A stretch of 64,000 bases of DNA from the human T2T-CHM13v2.0 reference genome, Homo sapiens. Below, one piece after another: positions 38,101 to 52,700 of the stretch (the first letter of the stretch is position 1; each line of letters opens with the position of its first letter). The DNA is taken from assembly GCF_009914755.1 (NCBI RefSeq), contig NC_060929.1; one strand, 5' to 3'. Under the pieces are notes generated by a model. That model saw only the letters and a list, made by a program, of their open reading frames with translations, did no database searches and was not told where the DNA came from. The position numbers and the translations under genes are program-made.

Positions 38101-41100
38101 AAACACTGCTTTTGTAGAATCTGCTTGTGGATATTGGGAGCTCTTTGAGGAATACGTTGTAAAAGGCATATCTTCACATACAAACTAGACAGAAGTATTC
38201 TCAGAAACTCCGTTGTGATGTGTGCATTCAACTCACAGAGTTGAACCTTCCATTTGAGAGAGCAGTGTTGAAACAGTCTTTTTGTAGTATCTGCAAGTGG
38301 ATATTTGGAGCGATTTGAGGCCTATGATGGAAAAGGAAATATCTTCACATACAAACTAGACAGAAGCAGTCTCAGGAACTGCTTTGTGATGTGTGCATTC
38401 AACTCACAGATTTGAACTTTCCTTTTGAGAGGGAGGTTTTGAAACAGTCTTTTTGTAGTATCTGCAAGTGGATATTTGTAGTGACTTGGGGCCTCAGATG
38501 GAAAAGGAAATACCTTCACATACAAAGTAGACAGAAGTATTCTCAGAAACTCCATTGTGATGTGTGCACTCAACTCACAGAGTTGAACCTTCCTTTTGAG
38601 AGAGCAGTTTTGAAACAGTCTTCTTGTAATGTCTGCAAGTGGATATTTGGAGCGACTTGAGGCCTATGATGGAAAAGGGAATATCTTCACATAAAAATAG
38701 GACAGAAGCATTCTCAGAAACTTCTTCGTGATATGTGGATTCACCTCTTGGAGTGGAACCCTTCTTTTGATAGAGCGGTTTTGAGGCAGTCTTTTATGAA
38801 GATCTGCCAGTTCTCATTTGGAGCGCTTTGAAGCCTATGGTGGAAAAGGAGATATATTCACATAAAAACTTGAAAGAAGCTTTCTCAGGAACTTCACTGA
38901 GATGTGTGCATTTAACTAAGAGAGTTGAATCTGTCTTTAGATAGACCAGCATTTAAACACTCCTTTTGTAGTATCTGCAGGTGGATATTTGGAACTCTTT
39001 GAAGAATTCTTTGGAAACGGGTATCTTCACATGAAAAGTAGACCCATGCATTCTCCGAAAGTTCACTGGGATGTGTTCATTCAACTCACAGACTTGAAAC
39101 TTTCTTTTGATAGAACAGTGTAGAAACACACTTTTGTAGAATCTGCAAGAGTTCCCTTGGAGCGCTTTGTTGCCTATGGTGGAAAAAGAAATATCTTCAA
39201 ATAAAAACTAGACAGAAGGATTCTCAGAAACTCCTTTGGATGTGTGTGTTCAATTAACAGAGTTGAACCTTTCTATTGATAGAGCAGTTTTAAAACACTG
39301 CTTTTGTAGAATCTCCTTGTGGATATTTGGAGCTCTTTGAGGAATTCATTGTAAATGGAATATCTTCACATACAAACTAGACAGAAGCATTCTCAAAAAC
39401 TGCTTTGTGATGTGTGCATTCAAGTCACACAGTTGAACCTTCCTTTTGAGAGAGCGGTTTTGAAACAGTCTTTTTGTAGTATCTGCAAGTGGATATTTGC
39501 AGTGATTTGAGGCCGAAGAAGGAAAAGGAAATTCCTTCAAACAAAAAACTAGACGGAAGCATTTTCAGAAACTGCCTTGTGATGTGTGCATTCAACTCAC
39601 AGAGTTGAACCTTCCTTTTGAGAGAGAAGTTTTGAAACAGTCTTTTTGTAGTATTTGCAAGTGGATATTTGGAGCGATTTGTGGAGTATGGTGGAAAATG
39701 AAATATCTTCACATACAAACTAGACAGAAGCATTGTCAGAAACTGCTTTGTGATGTGTGCATTTAACTCACAGACTTGAAACTTCCTTTAGATAGAGCAG
39801 TGTTGAAACACACTTTTTGTATAATCTACAAGTGTTCTTTGGAGTGCTTTGTTGCCTATGTTGGAAAAAGAAATATCTTCACATAAAAACTAGACAGAAG
39901 CATTCTCAGAAACTCCTTTGTGATGGGTGTGTTCAATTCACATTGTTGAACCTTTCTTTTGATACAGCAGTGTTGAAACAAACATTTTGTAGAATCTGCA
40001 AGTGTTCATTTCAAATGCTTTGTGGCCTATGTTGGAAAAAGTGATATCTTCACCTAAAAAATAGACAGAAGCATTCTCAGGAACTGCTTTGTAATATGTG
40101 TATTCAACTCACAGAGCTGAACCTTCCTTTTGAGAGAGCGGTTTTGAAACAGTCTTTTTGTAGTATCTGCAAGTGGATATTTGGAGCGATTTGAGGTCTA
40201 AGAAGGAAAAGGAAACACCTTCAAATAAAAACTAGACAGAAGCTTTCTCAGAAACTGCTTTGTGATGTGTGCATTTAACTCAAAGTCTTGATCCTTTCTT
40301 TTGATAGAGCAGTGTTGAAACACACTTTTTGTAGAACCTGGTAGTGTTCATTTGGAGAGATTTGTTGCCTATGGTGGAAAAAGGATTATCTTCTCTTAAA
40401 AATTAGAGAGAAGCATTCTTAGAAGCTGCTTTGTGATGTGTGTGTTCAATTCACAGAGTTGAAACTTTCCTTTGATAGAGCAGGTTTGAAACACTGCTTT
40501 TGTAGAATCTGCTTGTGGATATTGGGAGCTCTTTGAGGAATACGTTGTAAAAGGCATATCTTCACATACAAACTAGACAGAAGCATTCTCAGAAACTCCG
40601 TTGTGATGTGTGCATTCAACTCACAGAGTTGAACCTTCCTTTTGAGAGAGCAGTGTTGAAACGGTCTTTTGTAGTATCTGCAAGTGGATATTTGGAGTGA
40701 TTTGTGGCCTATGATGGAAAAGGAAATATCTTCACATACAAACTAGACAGAAGCAGTCTCAGGAACTGCTTTGTGATGTGTGCATTCAACTCACAGATTT
40801 GAACTTTCCTTTTGAGAGGGAGGTTTTGAAACAGTCTTTTTGTAGTATCTGCAAGTGGATATTTGTAGTGACTTGGGGCCTCAGATGGAAAAGGAAATAC
40901 CTTTACATACAAAGTAGACAGAAGTATTCTCAGAAACTCCATTGTGAAGTGTGCACTCAACTCACAGAGTTGAACCTTCCTTTTGAGAGAGCAGTTTTGA
41001 AACAGTCTTTTTGTAATGTCTGCAAGTGGATATTTGGAGCGATTCGAGTACTATGATGGAAAAGGAAATATCTTCACATACAAACTAAACAGAAGCATTC

Positions 41101-41390
41101 TCAGAAACGTCTTCTGATGTGTGCGTTCACCTAACAGAGTGGAACCGTTCTTTTGATAGAGCAGTTTTGAATCAGTCTTTTGGTAGGTCCTGCAAGTTTT
41201 CATTTGGAGCGCTTTGAAGCCTATGGTGGAAAAGGGAATATCTTCGCAAAAAACTAGGCAGAAGCCTTCTCAGGATCTTCATTGAGATGTGTGCATTCAA
41301 CTAACAGAGTTGAAACTGTCTTTTGACAGAGCAGGAATGAAACACTCCTTTTGTAGTATCTGATTGTGTATATTTGGAACTCTTTGAGTT

Positions 41391-41407
41391 ATTCGTTGGA
41401 AACGGGT
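41391..41407 (+). promoter_or_regulatory. CENP-B box (HOR monomer b)
   Basis: ATTCGTTGGAAACGGGT. Confidence 0.9.
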
Positions 41408-42584
41408 ATCTTCACATAAAAAGTATACCCAAGCATTCTCAGAAGGTTCTTTGTGATGTGGGCGTTCAACTCACAGACTTGAAACTTTCTTTTGATAGAG
41501 CAGTGTTGAAACACACTTTTTGTAGAACCTGCTAGTGTTCCTTTGGAGAGATTTGTTGCCTATGGTGGAAAAAGGATTATCTTCTCTTAAAAACTAGAGA
41601 GAAGCATTCTTAGAAACTGCTTTGTGATGTGTGTGTTCAATTCACCGAGTTGAAACTTTCCTTTGATAGAGCAGGTTTGAAACACTGCTTTTGTAGATTC
41701 TGCTTGTGGATATTGGGAGCTCTTTGAGGAATACGTTGTAAAAGGCATATCTTCACATACAAACTAGACAGAAGCATTCTCAGAAACTCCGTTGTGATGT
41801 GTGCATTCAACTCACAGAGTTGAACCTTTCATTTGAGAGAGCAGTGTTGAAACAGTCTTTTTGTAGTATCTGCAAGTGGATATTTGGAGCGATTTGAGGC
41901 CTATGATGGAAAAGGAAATATCTTCACATACAAACTAGACAGAAGCAGTCTCAGGAACTGCTTTGTGATGTGTGCATTCAACTCACAGATTTGAACTTTC
42001 CTTTTGAGAGGGAGGTTTTGAAACAGTCTTTTTGTAGTATCTGCAAGTGGATATTTGTAGTGACTTGGGGCCTCAGATGGAAAAGGAAATACCTTCACAT
42101 ACAAAGTAGACAGAAGTATTCTCAGAAACTCCATTGTGATGTGTGCACTCAACTCACAGAGTTGAACCTTCCTTTTGAGAGAGCAGTTTTGAAACAGTCT
42201 TTTTGTAGTGTCTGCAAGTGGATATTTGGAGCGACTTGAGGCCTATGATGGAAAAGGGAATATCTTCACATAAAAATTGGACAGAAGCATTCTCAGAAAC
42301 TTCTTCGTGATATGTGGATTCACCTCTTGGAGTGGAACCCTTCTTTTGATAGAGCGGTTTTGAGGCAGTCTTTTATGAAGATCTGCCAGTTCTCATTTGG
42401 AGCGCTTTGAAGCCTATGGTGGAAAAGGAGATATATTCACATAAAAACTTGAAAGAAGCATTCTCAGGAACTTCACTGAGATGTGTGCATTTAACTAAGA
42501 GAGTTGAATCTGTCTTTAGATAGACCAGCATTTAAACACTCCTTTTGTAGTATCTGCAGGTGGATATTTGGAACTCTTTGAAGA

Positions 42585-42601
42585 ATTCGTTGGAAACGGG
42601 T
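42585..42601 (+). promoter_or_regulatory. CENP-B box (edge monomer b')
   Basis: ATTCGTTGGAAACGGGT; the three internal paralogues read ATTCTTTGG... Confidence 0.9.
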
Positions 42602-43035
42602 ATCTTCACATGAAAAGTAGACCCATGCATTCTCCGAAAGTTCACTGGGATGTGTGCATTCAACTCACAGACTTGAAACTTTCTTTTGATAGAACAGTGT
42701 AGAAACACGCTTTTTGTAGAATCTGCAATAGTTCCCTTGGAGCGCTTTGTTGCCTATGGTGGAAAAAGAAATATCTTCATATAAAAACTAGACAGAAGGA
42801 TTCTCAGAAACTCCTTTGGATGTGTGTGTTCAATTAACAGAGTTGAACCTTTCTATTGATAGAGCAGTTTTAAAACACTGCTTTTGTAGAATCTGCTTGT
42901 GGATATTTGGAGCTCTTTGAGGAATTCATTGTAAATGGAATATCTTCACATACAAACTAGACAGAAACATTCTCAAAAACTGCTTTGTGATGTGTGCATT
43001 CAAGTCACACAGTTGAACCTTCCTTTTGAGAGAGC

Positions 43036-43725
43036 AGTTATCAAACAGTCTTTTTGTAGTATCTGCAAGTGGATCTTTTAGCGATTTGAGGCAATTTAGA
43101 TGGAAAAGGAAATGACTTCACATACAAACCAGACAGAAGCATCCTCAGAAACTGCTTTCTGTTGTGTGCGTTCAACTCACGGACTCGAACCTTTCTTTGG
43201 ATAGAGCAGTGTTGAAACACGCTTTTTGCAGATTCTGCAAGTTTTCATTCCGTGTGCTTTGTTGCCTATGGTGGAAAGAAAATATCGTTACATAAAAAGC
43301 TAGACAGAATCATTCTCCGAATCTGCTTTGTGATGTGTGCAATCAACTCACAGACTTGGACATTTCTTTTGATAGAGCAGTGTTAAAACACAGTTTTTGT
43401 GAAATCTGCAAGTGTTCATTTGCAGCGTATTGTTGCCTATGGTAGAAAAAGAATTATCTTCATAGAAATACTAGACAGAAGCATTCTCAGAAACTCCTTT
43501 GTGATGTTTGTGTTCAATTCCCAGAGCTGAACCTTTCCTTTGATAGAGCAGGTTTGATGCACTGCTTTTGTAGAATCTGCTTCCAGATATTTAGAGCTCT
43601 TGGAGGAATTCGTTGTAAACGGGATATCTTCACATTGAAACTAGACAGTAGCATTCTCAGAAACTACTTTGTGATGTGTGTGTTGAATTCACAGAGTTGA
43701 AAATTTCTTTTGATTGAGCAGTTTT
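43036..43725 (+). repeat. Diverged non-HOR alpha-satellite monomers (about 4) between the HOR edge and the L1
   Basis: The 171-bp phase continues but the monomers are unique in the window; CENP-B-box core at 43608-43624 (ATTCGTTGTAAACGGGA). Confidence 0.9.
43712..43725 (+). repeat. L1 target-site duplication, left copy
   Basis: GATTGAGCAGTTTT versus GATAGAGCAGTTTT at 49750-49763 (1 mismatch). Removing the L1 and one copy restores a continuous alpha monomer. Length is ambiguous by a few T's because of the poly(A) tail. Confidence 0.85.
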
Positions 43726-43942
43726 TTTTATTTTTTTAGGTACTTTATGTTTTAGGGTGCATTTACTCATTTTGCAGTTTATTTACATATGTGTACATGT
43801 GCCATGCTGGTGCACTGCAGCTACTAACTCGTCATCTAGCATTAGGTATATCTCCCAATGCTATCCCTCCCCCCGATCCCCCACCCCAGAACTGTCCCCA
43901 TAGTGTGATAATCCCCTTCCTGTGTCCATGTGATCTCATTGT

Positions 43943-47765
<3,823 letters not shown>

Positions 47766-47828
47766 TATGATGTTAGCTGGGTATTTTGCTCATTAGTTGA
47801 TGCAGTTTCTTCCTAGTCTTGATGGTCT

Positions 47829-48845
47829 TTACATTTTGGCATGATTTTCCAGCAGCTGGTACCGGTTGTTCCTTTCCATGTTTAGCGCTTCCTTCAGGGG
47901 CTCTTTTAGGGCAGGCCTGGTGGTGACAAAGTCTCTCAGCATTTGCTTGTCTGTAAAGTATTTTATTTCTCCTTCGCTTATGAAGCTTAGTTTGGCTGGA
48001 TATGAAAATCTGGATTGAAAATTCTTGTCTTTAAGAATGTTGAATATTGACCCCCACTCTCTTCTGGCTTGTAGGGTTTCTGCCGAGAGATCCGCTGTTA
48101 GTCTGATGGGCTTCCCTTTGAGGGTAACCCGACCTTTCTCTCTGGCTGCCCTTAACATTTTTTCCTTCATTTCAACTTTGTTGAATCTGACAATTTTGTG
48201 TCTTGGAATTGCTCTTCCCGAAGATTATCTTTGTGGCATTCTCTATCTTTCCTGAATCTGAACGTTGGCCTGCCTTGCTAGATTGGGGAAGTTCTCCTGG
48301 ATAATATCCTGCAGAGTGTTTTCCAACTTGGTTCCATTCTCCCCATCACTTTCAGGTACACCAGTCAGACGTAGATTTGGTCTTTTCACATAATCCCATA
48401 TTTCTTGGAGGCTTTGCTCATTTCTTTTTATTCTTTTTTCTCTAAACTTCCCTTGTAGCTTCATTTCATTCATTTCATCTTCCAGCACTGATACCCTTTC
48501 TTCCAGTTGATTGCATCGGCTCCTGAGGCTTCTGCATTCTTCAGGTAGTTCTCAAGCCTTGGGTTTCAGCTCCATCAGCTCCTTTAAGCACTTCTCTTTA
48601 CTGGTTATTCTAGTTATACATTCGTCTAAATTTTTTTCAAAGTTTTCAACTTCTTTGCCTTTGGTTTGAATGTCCTCCCGTAGCTCAGAGTAATTTGATT
48701 GTCTGAAGCCTTCTTCTCTCAGCTCGTCAAAGTCATTCTCCTTCCAGCTTTGTTCCGTTGCTGGTGAGGAACTGCGTTCCTTTGGAGGAGGAGAGGTGCT
48801 CTGCTTAACAGAGTTGCCATTTTTTCTGCTCTGTTTTTTCTCCAT
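47829..48845 (-). pseudogene. L1 ORF1p (RNA-binding chaperone), disrupted
   Basis: 1017-bp span equals the canonical 338 codons plus stop, all in one frame. Motifs AREKG, ARREW and YPAKLS present. Three in-frame stops (48552, 48243 and ~48225). Confidence 0.95.
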
Positions 48846-49749
48846 CTTTGTGGTTTTATCTACTTTTGGTCTTTGATGATGGTGATGTACAGATGGGTTT
48901 TTGGTGTGGATGTCCTTTCAGTTTGTTAGTTTTCCTTCTAACAGACAGGACCCTCAGCTGCAGGTCTGTTGGAATACCCTGCCGTGTGAGGTGTCAGTGT
49001 GCCCCTGCTGGGGGTGCCTCCCAGTTAGGCTGCTCGGGGGTCATGGGTCAGGGACCCACTTGAGGAGGCAGTCTGCCCGTTCTCAGATCTCCAGCTGGGT
49101 GCTGGGAGAACCACTGCTCTCTTCAAAGCTGTCTGACAGGGACATTTAAGACTGCAGAGGTTACTGCTGTCTTTTTGTTTGTCTGTGCCCTGCCCCCAGA
49201 AGTGGAGCCTACAGAGGCAGGCAAGTCTCCTTGGGCTGTGGTGGGCTCCGCCCAGTTGTAGCTTCTCGGCTGCTTTGTTTACCTAATCAAGCCTGGGCAA
49301 TGGGGGGCGCCTCTCCCCCAGTCTCACTGCAGACTTGCAGTTTGATCTCAGACTGCTGTGCTAGCGATCAGTGAGACTCCATATGGGTAGGACCCTCCGA
49401 GCCAGGTGCCGGATATAATCTCGAGGTGTGCCATTTTTTAAGCCCGTCGGAAAAGCGCAGTATTCGGGTGGTAGTGGCCCGATTTTCCAGGTGCCTTCCC
49501 TCACCCCTTTCTTTGACTCAGAAAGGGAAATCCCTGACACCTTGTGCTTCCCAAGTGAGGCAATGCCTTGCCCTGCTTCAGCTCGTGCACGGTGCGCATA
49601 CCCACTGACCTGTGCCCACTGTCTGGCACTCCCTAGTGAGATGAACCCGGTACCACAGATGGAAATGCAGAAATCACCTTCTTCTGCGTCGCTCACGCTG
49701 GGAGCTGTAAACCGGAGCTCTTCCTATTCAGCCATCTTCACCCACTCCC
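48846..49749 (-). promoter_or_regulatory. L1 5'UTR (internal sense and antisense promoter region), CpG-decayed, with YY1-like core AAGATGGC at ~49731-49738
   Basis: GC-rich 904-bp segment homologous to the primate L1PA 5'UTR upstream of the ORF1 ATG. Confidence 0.88.
49300..49374 (+). pseudogene. L1 antisense ORF0 homologue, truncated at codon 25
   Basis: Reads MGGASPPVSLQTCSLISDCCASDQ*, versus ORF0 MAGAPPPASLPPCSLISDCCASNQR... (CGA>TGA). The same frame resumes downstream as FLSPSEKRSIRVVVARFSRC. Confidence 0.75.
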
Positions 49750-49763
49750 GATAGAGCAGTTTT
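49750..49763 (+). repeat. L1 target-site duplication, right copy
   Basis: GATAGAGCAGTTTT directly abutting the L1 5' end and followed by the remainder of the interrupted monomer. Confidence 0.85.
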
Positions 49764-52700
49764 CATACACTGATTTTGTAGAATCTGCTTGTGGATATTT
49801 GGAGCTCTTTGAGGAATTCGTTGTAAACAGGATATCCTCACATACAAACTAGACAGAAGCATTCTCAGAAACAGCTCTGTGATGTGTGCATTCAACTCAC
49901 AGAGTTGAACCTTCCTTTTAAGAGAACCGTTTTGAAACAGTCTTTTTGTAGTATCTGCAAGTAGATATTAGGAGTGATTTGAGGCCTAAGATTGAAATGG
50001 AAATATATTCACATACAAACTAGACAGAAGCATTCTCAGAAACTGCTTTGTGATGTGTGCATTCACCTGACAGAGTGGAACTGTTCTTTTGATAGAATAG
50101 TTTTGAAACAGTCTTTTTTTATGACCTGCAAGTGTTCATTTGGAGCACTTTGAAGCCTATGGTGGAAAAGGAAATATCTTCACATACAAACTAGACAGAA
50201 GCATTCTCAGGAACTTCATTGAGATGTGTGCATTCAACTAACAGAGTTAAATCTGTCTTTTGATAGAGCAGTATTGAAACACTCCTTTTGTAGAATGTAC
50301 CTGTTTATATTTGGAATTCTTTGAGGAATTCTTTGGAAACGGGTATCTTCACATAAAAAGGAGACCCAAGCATTCCCAGAAAGTACTTTATGATCTGTGC
50401 ATTCAACTCACAGACTTGATAGTTTCCTTTCATAGAACAGTGTTGAAACACACTTTTTGTAATATCTGCAAGTGTTCATTTGGAGCGCTTTGTTGGCTAT
50501 GGTGGAAAAAGAAATATCTTCACATTAAAACTAGACGGAAGCATTCTCAGAAACTCCTTTGTTATGTGTGTGTTTAATTCACGGAGTTGAACCTTTCTTT
50601 TGATAGAGCAGTTTTGAAATCCTGCTTTTGTAGAATCTGCTTGTGGATATTTGGATCTCCTCGAGGAATTCGTTGTAAACAGGATATCTTCACATAGAAA
50701 ATAGACAGAAGCATTCTCAGAAACTGCTTGGTGATGTGTGCATTCAAATCACAGAGTTGAACCTTCCTTTTGAGAGAGCAGTTTTGAAAGAGTCTTTTTG
50801 TAGTATCTGCAAGTGGATATTAGGAGCGATTTGAGGCCTAAGATGGAAAAGGAAATATCTCCACATACAAACTAGACAGGATCATTCTCAGAAATTTCTT
50901 TGTGATATGTGCCTTCCACTCACAGACTTGAACCTTTTTTTTGATAGAGCAGTGTTGAAACACCCTGTTTGTAGAATCTGCAAGTGTTCATTTGGAGCGA
51001 TTTTTTGTCTATGGTGGAAAAAGAAATATCTTCATATTAAAACTAGACAGAAGCATTTTCAGAAACAACTTTGTGGTCTGTGTGTTCAATTCACAGACTT
51101 GAACCTTTCTTTTGGTAGAGAAGTTGTGAAACACTGCTTTTGTAGAATCTGCTTGTGGATATTTGGAGCTCTTTCAGGAATTCATTGTAAAAGGGATATA
51201 TTCACATACAAACTAGACAGAAGCATTCTCAGAATCTACTTTGTGATGTGTGTGTTCAATTCCCGGAGTTGAACCTTTCTTTTGATAGAGCAGTTTTGAA
51301 ACACGGCTTTTGTAGTCTCTGCTTGTGGATATTTGGAGGTCTTTGAGGAATTCGTTGTAAACGGGATATCTTCACATACAAACTTGACAGAAGTATTCTC
51401 AGAAACTGCTTTGCGATGTGTGCATTCAACTCAACGAATTGAACCTTTCTTTTGATACAGCAGTGTTGAAACACACTTATTGTAGAACCTGCAAGTGTTC
51501 ATTTGGAGCGCTTTGTTGCCTATGCTGGAGAAAGTATTATCCTCACATAAAAACAAGACAGAAGCATTCTCAGAAACTTCTTTGTGATGTGTGTGTTCAA
51601 TTCAGGAATTGAACCTTTCTTTTGATGGAGCACTTTTGAAACAATGCTTTTGTAGAATCTGCTTGTGGATATTGGGAACTTTTTGAGGAATTCGTTATAC
51701 ACTGGATATCTTCACATACAAATTAGACATAAGCTTTCTCAGACACTGCTTTTTGATGTGTGCATTCAACTCACAGAGTTGAACATTCCTTTTGACAGAG
51801 CAGTTTTGAAATAGTGTTTTTGTAGTATTTGTATGTGGATATTTGGGGCAATGTGAGGCCTAAGATGGAAAAGGAAATATCTTCACATAAAAACTAGACA
51901 GAAGCATTCTCAGGAACTTCAATGAGATGTGTGCATTCAACTAACAGAGTTGAATTTGTCTTTTGATAGAGCAGTATTTAAAAACTCCTTTTGTAAAATC
52001 TGCTAGTGGACATTTGGAACTCTTTGAGGAAGTCTTTGGAAACGGGTATCTTCACATAAAAAGAAGACCCAAGCATTCTCAGAAAGTTCTTTGTGATGCG
52101 TGCATTCAACTCACAGACTTCAACATTTCTTTTGATACAGCAATGTTGGAACATGCTTTTTGTAGAATCTGCCAGTGTTCATTTGGAGCGCTTTGTTGCC
52201 TATGGTGGAAAAAGGAATATCTTCACGTAAAAACTAGACAGAAGCATTCTCAGAAACTGCTTTGTGATGTGTGCATTCAACTCACAGCGTTGAACCTTCC
52301 TTTTGACAGAGAAGTTTTGAAATAGTGTTTTTCTAGTATCTGCATGTGGATATTTGGGGCGAAGTTAGGCCTAAGATGGAAAAGGAAATATCTTCACATA
52401 CAAACTAGACAGAATCATTCTCAGAAACTGCTTTGTGATGTGTGCATTCAACTCACAGACTTGAATCTTCCCTTTGATAGAGCAGTGTTGAAACTCACTT
52501 TTTATAGAATCTGCAAGTGTTCATTCAGAGCTCTTTGTTGCGTATGCTGGTAAAATAAATATCTTTACGTAAAAACTAGACAGAAGCATTCTCAGAAACT
52601 CCATTGTGAAGTGTGTGTCCAATTCACAGAGTTGAAATTTTCTTTTGATGATAGAGCAATTTTGAAACACTGCTTTTGTAGAATCTGCTTGTGGATATTT

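Larger units (their letters stand above)
1..43035 (+). repeat. Alpha-satellite higher-order repeat array, canonical 15-mer (~2557 bp), SF5 (R1/R2)-like, probably an inactive flanking HOR
   Basis: Tandem ~171-bp monomers (cattctcagaaac...actagacagaag). The landmark in monomer b recurs at 2674, 5231, 7788, 10346, 12903, 15461, 18019, 20576 and 23133 (spacing 2557-2558 = 15 monomers). A-type monomers (pJalpha-like ctatggtggaaaagg) dominate, with irregular B-type monomers. Strand is defined as the one reading the CENP-B box TTCG...CGGG. Confidence 0.96.
22561..43035 (+). repeat. Structurally variable HOR block (haplotype 2): 7-, 13-, 14- and 15-mer variants with hybrid monomers and captured edge monomers
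   Basis: Diagnostic states switch (cctttcttttga, caactcacagatttg, agagcagga, ggtaggtcc, gtaatgtc). Hybrid monomers at about 25748, 27282, 28476, 28646, 40585 and 41434. Confidence 0.82.

Noticed and set aside
457-42239. Dozens of repeated 60-171 aa Cys/Lys/Phe-rich ORFs (for example MELFELFVGNG..., MCIQLTELNL...)
   Set aside because: They are chance translations of alpha satellite on both strands, often from non-ATG starts, recurring with the HOR period and freely broken by SNPs. They are not zinc-finger or other genes.
1-43035. CRISPR-like appearance (conserved actagacagaagcattctcagaaac separated by variable sequence)
   Set aside because: The intervening sequence is homologous across the full 171-bp monomer, there are no unique spacers and no cas genes, and the DNA is primate satellite.
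1-43035. Naming the HOR or chromosome specifically (for example D15Z3 because it is a 15-mer)
   Set aside because: D15Z3 is a dimeric SF2 array rich in CENP-B boxes, unlike this one. A specific SF5 HOR name cannot be assigned without a database search.
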